Source of the DNA: Perna viridis
Taxonomy: Eukaryota
DNA: 64,000 bases
Direction of reading: 5' to 3'
Assembly (NCBI GenBank): GCA_037379345.1
Contig: CM074516.1
Span: forward strand, 36,555,626-36,619,625
Each line of letters opens with the position of its first letter. The first letter of the stretch is position 1. The notes under the pieces are model-generated. The model did no database searches, was not told the DNA's origin, and was given only the letters and a program-made list of their open reading frames with translations. A program made the translations under genes and the position numbers. Positions 53,567-64,000 of this stretch are shown here, piece after piece.

Positions 53567-56310
53567 GAAGTTGCGGAGGGTGACCAAAGTGAAATCTATA
53601 ATTCAAAGATTAAAATTTGTTCATGGAATATTTCGAAGGGCCTGGTTAAAAAACTCGCTAGTGTGGAATTCATAGATATATTGCGCAATAATGATATAGT
53701 ATGTTTTAATGAATGCTGGGTTAAATGTCCTAAAGAATTTGATATAGATGGTTATGAAAAGAAATACGTGGCCAGACAAAAGTGCAACGGAGGTGGTGTT
53801 ATTGTATTCTATAAAAAATGGTTAAATCCATATTTAAAATTCGAAAATTGCTGTGTTGATTGCATGATATGGTTTAGAATTGATCAAAATGTAATGTATG
53901 ATGGTAAAGATTTATACTTTTGTGCAATTTATATGCCTCCTAACAAAAACATTTATTATACGAAATACAAAATAGACGTTTTCGACGCTTTAAAAGAACA
54001 GATTGAACATTATTCAGCCCTAGGGAACATAGCCGTTATGGGTGATTTAAACGGACGAGTTGGTAACAAGCCGGACTTTATTGTGCAGGACAATCTGAAT
54101 ATAGATATAGTTAATAGGATCGAAGATCTAATTGATTACGATAATGAACCTTTAAATGATAGAACAACAGAGGACCTTAAACCACCCAATACATTCGGTC
54201 GCCGTGTATTAGATTTGTGTGTATCTACTGGATTAAGAATATGTAACGGACGATTTGGAGATCAAAGTTCAAAGTATACATTTCAAAACAAAAATGGATG
54301 TAGCATTATTGATTATATGTTATTATCTAATAATGGATTTTCTATTGTAGACAACTTGATTGTTGGAGATTTTAATACCTTTTCTTGTCATGCTCCGCTT
54401 TTGGTAGATTTGAAATTGAAAATTTTCGTTCCTAAACCAAAGTGTTCATGTAAAACGATAAATTATGATACGATACGATGGAATGACGAGTCGAGGGAGG
54501 AAATAAACCATGATCTTTTGGCAAACGCTCACAAGTTTGATGAACTGTGTCAAAGTATATCTCCTGATCCTGATAAAATCGATGACGCTGTATCGAATAT
54601 GACTGAACTCTTATGTGATGGTTTTGAAAAATTTACAAAAACAAACGAATGGCGTACTGTTAAATGTGATAACTGTGCTAACGCTAACTCATCATGTAAT
54701 ATGAAACGTGATAAACCGTGGATAACAGACGAGTGTAAAGAACTCTATATAAACTATATAAGTGCACTGAAAAGATTCAACGCAAATCGTTCAAATGAAA
54801 ACAGACTTAAAATGAATTTAGAAAAACAAAAATATAAGACTATGGAGAATAAATTAAAACGACGTTATAAAAACGGACAAGGTGATATGTTTCAAAAGAT
54901 GAAGAAGATCAACCCAAAACGATTCTACGGTAAATTTAAAAAACGGAAGAAGCGTATTAATAACGATTTATCAACAGATCAGTTTGTGAAACATTTTAAA
55001 AAACTGATGACTTTAAGTGATGAAGATAATCCTGAAAGCGGTAACACTGATAATACATGTATTTATGATGAATTGGACATGCCTTTCACCAGTAAGGAAT
55101 TAGAAGAGAGTGTGAAAAGATTGAATACAAATAAAACTCCAGGTGTAGATAATATTTTGAATGAATACATTTTAAATAGTAAACCCGTAATATTACCAGT
55201 TTTGTGTAAACTATTTAACGCTATTCTTGAAACTAGACATTTTCCTGAACTTTGGGTAAAATGTGCAATAGTACCTATTTTTAAGAAGGGTGATGCTAAT
55301 GACCCGAGAAATTACAGAGGCATATCGCTGGTGTCAAACTTAGGTAAACTGTTTACTTCTATAATAAATGCAAGACTTACTAAGTGGAGTGAAGAACAGT
55401 GTACTCACTGATGTGCAGTTTGGATTTAGACCGGGGTATGGTACCCACGACGCAATATTTGCTCTACATTCCATCGTATCTAAATCTTTAAGAAACAAAA
55501 AAGTTTGTATTGTTGTTTCATTGACTACAAAAAAGCCTTTGATAGTGTTAACCATTCAAAATTATGGCTCAAATTATCTAGATCAGGTATAACTGGTAAA
55601 TTGTTAGATTTAATCAAATCCATGTATGCAAATTTGAAGTCATGTGCTAAACATAACGGTACTTTTTCCGAATTCTTTGAGTGTAATGTTGGCTTAATGC
55701 AAGGGGAGTCTTTATCACCTTTTTATATGCATTGTATGTAAACGATATTGAAATAGAATTAATAAAACAAGATTGTATTCCATACGAGTTGCAAGCTCTT
55801 AGTCTATATCTACTAATGTATGCTGATGATACAGTGATTTTTAGCGAAAGTAAAAAAGAGTTGCAAAAAATGATTGATGTCATTAATACATGTTCAAACC
55901 AATACAACTTGTATGTTAATTTATTAAAGACTAAAATTGTTGTATTTAGACATCGAGGTATTGTCAAGACTGAAGAAAAATGGTTCATAGATAGAAAACC
56001 TATTGAAATCTGTGATGAATTTGTATATCTTGGAATTATGTTGAAATATAATGGTAATTTTACTGAAAGTCAAAAATTATTGTCTGATCAAGGACGGAAA
56101 GCTGTTTATCATTTATTCAGCAAGGTACACGATGACTATTTCAACACAGAGACAATGTTGTCCTTATTTGATACATATGTAACACCTATTTTGAATTACG
56201 GTAGTGAGGTATGGGGTAATCATAAAGCTTTAGATATAGAAAAACTCCATTTGCATTATTTGAAAAGAGTTTTAAAAGTAAAGAAAAGTGTGAAACCAAC
56301 TCTCTTATAG
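53567..56310 (+). pseudogene. LINE ORF2 (APE endonuclease + reverse transcriptase), frameshifted and truncated
   Basis: ICSWNI, NECW, MGDLNGR, SIIDY, SCHAP; KTPGVDNI, NYRGISL, QFGFRPG, FIDYKKAFDSV, GLMQGESLSP, LMYADDTV, YLG; frameshifts near 55396, 55500, 55722. Confidence 0.92.
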
Positions 56311-56974
56311 CAGTGCGTCATCTGTAATTTTCAGTAAAGCAAACAACCTAGGGCGTAGTTCGAGGTGTGCCAGATGTTTGGTGCGATGTGGAACGATTTG
56401 TGTTAACAATTTGAAAAAATAAATGAAAAGCAACCATTTTGTCTAAATACCGACAGTATAATAGAGAAATCTTCATATACTAATTTGAAATCCTATCGGT
56501 CATTGATAAAGAAAATCCTATCGGTCATTGATAAAGAAACGAATCTTCATCAAATGGTAACTTTGAAAAAGAAAAAAAAACAAACTCGACTCTGACTATG
56601 AAACTTAAGACTGTTCTTACATGTACCAAACTTCCCTTTCCGAACTGAAAGTATTATAGGTTATATATATCCTAACTAAGTACAAGATATAGAACAAAGT
56701 GATGAATCTTGGTCAAGCTTCAGGTGGAAACTCTATATAAGTTACATGGTGCATCTTGCTTATTACTTTTTTTCTTTTCTTTTTTTTTTAATAATAAACG
56801 AGCTACTAAAATATTCAAGAGGAGTAAGATGTAGAAAGGTATGGTCACACCCAACAAACTGCTATTACATAATTAATATGATAAAATAAAAACACAAATA
56901 AGCTTGTGCAGTTGCAGTGTTCAGGTCATAGTTTTCCTTTCCTCTTTGTCTACCCCGGACTTGACTTTTTATCA

Positions 56975-57205
56975 GCAACTCGGCGGGTGTTTGTAGAAAA
57001 AACAGAGGACGCTTACCCTACCGGTGCACCTGCTCCCAGTTTTTAGTGGAGTCCGAGTTGTTCATTTGCTTTTGTTACTTTGTATGTATGATTTTAGTTA
57101 CTTTATGTTCTTTGTTGTGTATGTCTGTTTTCCATGTCTGGTCTTTGTCCCTGGATTTCATTCTTTTGATTACCGCTATAACCTTGGTTCCCTTGATTAC
57201 TCTTT
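56975..57205 (+). mobile_element. Penelope-like element 3' region copy
   Basis: High identity to the 37080-37310 and 24655-24890 copies. Confidence 0.85.
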
Positions 57206-58069
57206 CGAATTGTGTAATTATGATAAATTCATATTCAAATGCAACAAACTATCATTTTATATCTTGGTTAGTGTATAAATATATACCGTTAGGCAAAGAT
57301 CATTTTTATACTCAGCGGCGGGGACGGCGGGGATTATTTTGAAAAAAAATAAAATTCAAATTTGAGCTAAAAAAATATTTTACTCGACCATGGACAGAGA
57401 GCAAATTAGGATTTAATATTTCTCCCATTACTTAACAATGTAGATTTTCAAACATTTTATTAACTCCGGTTGCTGCTGAAAAGAAATTAACTCGGATAAA
57501 ATCCTAGCCCCACCTCGACTAGACAATGGTTCGTACTTGCTATCACAAGAAGTTGTATCCCATGGGGTATAATTGCCTCGTCGTTTTGTTTTGAACAGAT
57601 GAAAAGTGATGTCTTGACTATAAAATAGTAACACAAAGCTCAGTTTTAAATATTTAATTGTCATGTTCCTTGCTATTGAAATATTAATAGAATAAATAAT
57701 TATCCTAGAATGAATGCATTTGTCATGATTATAGAACGTGAAAACTTCTGTTACAACTTTTGACATTCTAACAATTGGAATGTCAAAAGCCTTTGTTTCA
57801 AAATTTGAATGAAAATGAATAATTCATTCATTTTATGAACTTACAATGCACGAGCATGTTAAACAAATATTTTGCTTTCAAAGTCACAGATTTAGAGATA
57901 AATAAAGAGAAATAAAGGCAAAGAACAAGTCTTGATGTAAACATACAACGGAATTAGTTTTAGAAGACAACATGATCGGGAAGGAAGACCCGACGAAGGC
58001 TCTAATGGAAATGATCGTAAAGCAACGTGATCAGGATAAGTATTCAACTACGAAAACGAAGACTGGGTA

Positions 58070-58500
58070 TATTTGTTTGATTGTTTGTTGGAGTTTAACG
58101 TTCGAGCAGCAATATTTCAGCTATATTCAGACGATGGACATGAAATTGATGATAAAATGAACAAGAAATGATGATGAAATGAAAAAGGGATGGGACACAA
58201 GGACAATGGGGTCAACAAATTTTGATTGCTACTGGAAATAGGGAGAGTTGGGTAGGGTCGGGCAATTTAGCCTCCTGTGGCGGAGCCCTATGGTTCCGGG
58301 AGAATACCACAGTAGGGTTCTTCCACGTGCGAGGAACGTGGCATCTTTCCCAACACGGTGCACCACTATGGTTTGCGGTCAGGTTTTCCGTATTATAGCC
58401 TGACAACCCCAGCATGTAACACGCCAGGGGTACCCCATTCCACCACCTGGGGCACACATCCCAGTTAAGACTGGGTATAAAAACACCATAAATAACCAAA
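58070..58500 (-). mobile_element. SINE-like interspersed repeat
   Basis: GC-rich island; minus-strand GCACGTGGAAGAACCC core-like motif and ...ATATAGCTGAAATATTG...CGTTAAAC...(CAAA) tail typical of molluscan SINE 3' ends. Confidence 0.45.
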
Positions 58501-61500
58501 ATTAGCTAAGATAATAGACACCGAAACTAAAGAAAAAGAGCAACCCAAACTACTAAAAACCGGTAATATTGAACACGTGCACCAGTTGGGTTACTGTTCA
58601 ACCATCAATTGTAGTAAGATATAATGAATGAGTGTTTTGAGAAAAAGCTTGCAAGTTTAATTGTGAAAATTAAGATGAGGAAGATAGTCAAACCAAACAC
58701 TAAGGAGATGGAGTCTTGTATGCTGTACTTGTTCATGGGTCCATACGTCGTATGTCTTAATAAACGCATGTGTATCATTTAAGTACATGGACGTGCTTAG
58801 ATGTAACAAAATTTTGAATATGATCACAGAGCAGGCCCCATCTCTGGAACTCATATTACATATAGTGCATGTACGTGATAAGACATTAAAAAAACTCTGA
58901 GACTTTAAGAGTTAAAAGTTGATGACCATATAGCTCTGAAATCGATATACATTAAATGTCATGCATGTACCAAAAACAACGAAAAACTGATCATAGATAT
59001 GTTTTATCATATTGCTTTCTTGTTTAGTAGAAAGATAAGAACATTTAGGTTTTAGAATTCTGTGTTAACTTGTTCTCCAACATTTTATTTAATTAAATAA
59101 GATAAAAAAAAATACTCTATTTATTTTGCATGGTTTTTCGGCTTAATCAAATATCTTAAATCATATTATAAATGCCTTGCAATCCTCAAACTACTTTTAA
59201 TTTGGTTTAGGAGAAATTGCTTAATTTTCTCGGCTTGGAAATTAGTTTGAAAATGTCACATATCAAGACATGATAATTAACTGCTCTTCAGTTTGTGACG
59301 AGATTCACAGTAATGTATGCCATTAAACTCGGGGATACAGAACCCTCGGATAGTTGCATTGCAACATCTACTGAATAATCATATTTTGTCGCTCTTATTT
59401 CGAAATAGTATTTCTTGCTTACTGGCATTGCCATCTTGTCTAGAAGGTTAACGGAGAAAAGTGTTTGCTTATTAATACAACATTTTACAGTTTATACTAG
59501 TAATAACAAACTAATGTAATATTTAAGATATCTTTATTACAGGATTAGCTTTTTAAAAGAGCTGAGGTCATTCGCTATGGCCGCTTTTTTCCAAAAAAAA
59601 TACTTGTCTGAGTTAGATTTACAAAATTTCAATAAAGTTTTAGGTTTTTACGAGTTCGCTTTCTCTAACCGTGTCGCTGTACCAACGTATAGACCAGGCC
59701 AATAAATCCTTGAGTTTTTCTTCAATTTCATGTTGTTTGATTGGTCGTTGATTTGAGGAAGAATTTGAAGAAAATCCCAATATGAGATTCTCTATGAAAC
59801 CGGGCCCGGTAATTACAGATTTATCGAAGTCCGCAAAAAAAAAAAAAACTAAAAGCTTAGCAGCCGGGAAGCCAATGACACAGGAGAGTTCTTTCTAACG
59901 TCCAAAGTCAAGTGATTTCAAGTCCTAAATCGACGTCATTTTTATCGTTTCAACGGCACGATTGAAAACTGTGATTTCACTTACTTGTCGTATTTCAAAA
60001 AAAAAATAATCAATGGTATCTGTAGCCTCCTGGATAATTCATATTTTAACTTACTCTTTATACATTACGAACGGAAACTTATTTCTTATATTATTTTGAA
60101 GAAATCCAACGTCATGTATAGAGTTGGGAGGCATTATGCGCCGATTAAATCATGAAACTTGTCGTTCACAAATCGAGTGATGGGCATTTATGTGGTTTGA
60201 TACATTTGGAACTTTTCGAATAAATCGAATGCAAAAATAGACAATTCTAGAGAAGTGTTTCTAAAAACAGGAAAGCTATTTTGGGATTCCTCATTAGATG
60301 GTTTGAGAAATTAATATTTTTTTTGTAATTATCAAGTTCAAAATAGTCAAAACCACTTCTTAATGAATGGAGAGTAGAGAATTTTCAACAACAAAATATA
60401 ATGTTAAAGAGTTGTAGGCCTAGAAAATGTTTTCTTAATTTAAACCTTTTTAGTTAATTAACCAGAGAAGAAATACAATAAGAGCATTTTACTGGTATGA
60501 TTTCTCCATATTTATCGTAGACAAAAGAAAAAAAACCCACAATAATCAAGTAGGATAATTCCATTTTAGTATTTTTTTCTTACACAACAATACTAAGCTA
60601 ACACTTGTCTACGGTATGAAATAAACAATTAACACACTATTAGTTATCTTTATATCTCCAACACTTATTTTATATTTCATATGTGTCTCCGAGGATAAGA
60701 AAATTATATACTGGCAAATCTAAATCTACTATTTCAAAAATACCAAAACAGTGGACACGGTTGTACTATTCCTTGATATTTTTAATAATTAGGGAAATTT
60801 CCATCAAATTATTGCTGAAAATTCAAACAGTTATAGGTCTTAGTAGTATTCAATCATTTATACGGTATGCTGATAATAATTGGAAACTTGACCCCTTTTT
60901 TCTCTCATTTATAATATGCATAGCCCTTGACTGCTTTATGAACATAGGATTGAAAAAAAATGAAAGCACCAGAGGTATAAGCAAGAACTTTGTGTATATG
61001 TAAAAATGTATTAAAGTAAAAAAATTCAGCAGTGTGATATAAATCTTTCTCCACAAATCAATAACATATATTGAATGTACTATTTTCCTTGGATGAAGAA
61101 AATTATGAGGAATGCTTTCGAATTTTTTTAAACAAATGTTTAAGAATATAATTGAATTTCAAAAGGGAGGTTTAACAAAGTAAATGATAAAAATCTAGAA
61201 ATGGTAGAATCCTGTACCTGTTATATTTATATTTCATTTTCTCTTGGTGGGAGTTTTTCTCTACAATATATTCTGATTACTAGATTGGTAAAAAAATTCT
61301 GATCTCATGTTTAGCATGGGGCTAGTTCAATACACAGTTCTAATGGACTAAACTTCTGAAAATTGTGACCTTAGACTTCGTGCAGAAGTTTCAATCCAGA
61401 ATTTCAGGTTGGCAAGGGGAAGTTTATCATCAGCATAGTGAGGTAGCTATTTGAGAAAAAGCTGTTTTATGCTAAAAAAACAAGCCCCCCAACTCATGGA

Positions 61501-63318
61501 GGGGGGCATACGCCTGGCACGCCTTGGATCCCCCCAGACCTATACAGGTATTTGCTAACACATAGTGAACATTTACTTTTAACTTTAAATGATTTCTTCG
61601 TGCATGGCCATCATCTGCACTTCAGTACAAGTTTACTAAGCTCTGATCGAAAAACTGTGTGTCAAGTCAATGAATCCGGCAAAATATAATATATTAGAAA
61701 CAAATAAAAGAATGCATAATAATTTACTTTATAAACGAAAAATACATTCAACTAAGCTACACCAGTATCTCCCCTGTCTTATCATCAGCCGGTAATGGCG
61801 TCCTGGACCAGGGTCAAAACAAATGTCTATTTTTATAACATGGGGTTCGAGTGACGGTTTTATTTAGGTATCATTCGGAAGGGAAATGTCCAAGGTATAC
61901 ATCATTGGTCAGGTATCAGGTATTTATAGGCCCTGGGAATTCCCGCCATATTTTGGTACCGAAAGTGAAAGCAATGCAATTCTCTGAGTTCAACACCAGT
62001 ATTTTATGAACGATCAAAATCTAAAGATTCAAATTTTGTTTTCACATGGAAAAATCTATTTCCTTTCACTTTTTCTCCTTTATATTCACGGATCAACTAA
62101 ATTTAATCAAATGAGCATGATTTTCTCGAAGTACCCGAAGTACTTTGAGAAAATCATGCTTATTCGATTAAATTTAGTTGATCCGTGCTAACACTCAATG
62201 CTCAACGATTATTACGCCCTCTGGTGGAATTTTCATTGTCTCCCCTTGGACGAAAAACCTTTAGAGTAACGGGCGAAGGTACATAATTGGTCACTGGCTT
62301 CCCGGCTGTAGTAACAGAAATCTAGACCTTTTGAAAAGTCGGAAAATTCTAGAAGACTGTCAAGTTAATCTCTGGATTAAAGTTAACATGCTACAGTATC
62401 AACCAGACTTTCTAAATTTAAATACAAATTGTTAATGTATACCTGGTACTGTAGATTTTACAAGATCTCATTACCTTTTCAACTTTTTACAGACTATATT
62501 AATATGTTCAAACATTTTACAAAATTCGTACTTTCATACTTATATTTAAATAGGATAATTTTTGCTGTAATTAGGTCAGGAAACTGTCAATACACACTTA
62601 TCTGCATCTGAAGGACTAAGTATCTTATTGGAGATATATTTTTGACCCAATTTTACTTACAATCATTTTAAAATATTAAATTAAAACTTTTAAACATGTT
62701 TTTTAGATTACTTTTGGGGGTAAATAGAGTTGTGGCGCACGGAATATGTTCACGTGTTATGCTTCCTCTCATATGACCTTCATAGGCCACGTTATCGAGT
62801 TATCAGATAATTTTTTTGTCTTTTAAGTTTAAGACAGACTATAAAATATCAATTCCCAAAATTTGTTTAAAAAAAGAAAGTTTAAAAAAAACTATTTAGC
62901 TTTCTGTTTAAAGCATCTTACCAAATTAACACAATCAGCTTTTGAACTTTGCACTTCTTAACAAAGAGCACTTAACATCGATCCGGGTTTGTAATAAAAC
63001 GGAAGTAGGATCCACATCTTACGTCATTCGCTGAATAAGGAAAGGCTGAGTTAATGAGTGAGATTTGTCTTCCTACTAACCATAATTACTTAACCCTCAC
63101 TTATGTTATAAAAAATGTACTTCAAACAAGCTTTTTGTGCTAGCACCTCTTGGCTTAAATTAACCCAAAATAATTAAGTCACAGAGACTGCAACCATTAC
63201 TACATGTATTAGTTAGTACCCACTCAATCATTTTGGGAACGGTTTACTCTTCAAATGGATGGAAATATGGAAAACCCATGTTCATTCATTCTTGTAAAGT
63301 TTGACGTTGCTTTGAATA

Positions 63319-63720
63319 AGAGTAACCAAGGAAACCAAAATTCGAGCGGAAATTAAAAGAATATTTTCCAAGGATAAAGACTAGGCAGAGGAAACACAAA
63401 AATAAAAACGAAAAACAAAACAAAAACAAAAACAAATAACACGTACATAGAAAAAAAGTAAATTGGCAACACGGACTTAACTAAATACTGGGAGCATGGA
63501 CCAGGTGCCCCGGTAGGGTAAATCTCCACTGCTGGTCATGTCGGGTTACACGAAAGACGAAAGCAACACTGTGACATCGGTTCTCATGGTGAAGATGGAT
63601 ATACGATAACGCTCCATGTGTTTATGATGACGACCATAAAACTTATGTAGTGACGACTTCAATCTTGTAGCAGCATAACCATGTTTAAGAAGTCTAGCAT
63701 GGTAAAAATCAGACAGGAAA
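63319..63720 (-). mobile_element. Penelope-like element: RT C-terminal fragment plus 3' region
   Basis: RLLKHGYAATRLKSSLHKFYGRHH...RYRISI followed on the same strand by ttaccctaccggggcacctggtccatgctcccag family sequence. Confidence 0.8.
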
Positions 63721-64000
63721 GTCGGCAATGCGGAATAAGAAGTCATCGCGTTTGTCATATAGTTTGGTCATAAATTTTCCTTTTCCGTCGGTCTTTAAGT
63801 GTGGTTCAAGATATGAGATTGACTTTCTGTAGTGCCCTTTATCTCACGTTCTTTCATTCAACTGAATATGGGGTGGGTCTTAGTATAAAGAGTTGAAATA
63901 TCATAGGACATGTATCAATGCTATTTGAAATACGACGGAATTTATATGATTGAGGATGATAACCAAAGTAATTGCTTCTATACTTTTGTTGAAAAATATA

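Larger units (their letters stand above)
52240..56310 (+). mobile_element. CR1/L2-group LINE, 5'-intact and 3'-truncated, antisense to mGluR
   Basis: YY1-like AAAATGGC at 52294; ORF1 and ORF2 (APE + RT) remnants; no 3'UTR or tail after ~56290. Confidence 0.9.

Noticed and set aside
59690-59810. Possible MITE with GGGCCCGG end (also GC island 61490-61535)
   Set aside because: Ends too diverged and no TSD identifiable

Overview
AT-rich eukaryotic (probably bivalve/molluscan, inferred from repeat families) genomic window with one assembly gap. It is dominated by a complete minus-strand group I metabotropic glutamate receptor gene (GRM1/GRM5-like; 8 coding exons, 50354 to 9002, ~1357 aa, all splice phases consistent). 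Intron 6 carries a 7.05-kb non-autonomous Polinton/Maverick-like element (15227-22273). It has a 6-bp TSD (CAAGAA), ~1.15-1.28-kb TIRs with AGTAGT-type ends, a decayed A32-like packaging ATPase, a C2H2 zinc-finger ORF and ~2.7 kb of telomere-like (TAACCC) DNA. Its TIRs also contain a 16-bp motif identical to its own insertion junction. A 27-bp minisatellite abuts the element. Other features: a minimal type I hammerhead ribozyme in sense orientation in intron 2 plus a decayed copy, at least 7 fragments of a Penelope-like retroelement (one with its terminal 38 bp amplified 5x), a 5'-intact/3'-truncated CR1/L2-type LINE with ORF1 and ORF2 separated by a single in-frame TAG, an RTE-derived bipartite SINE with TSD, and MITEs.
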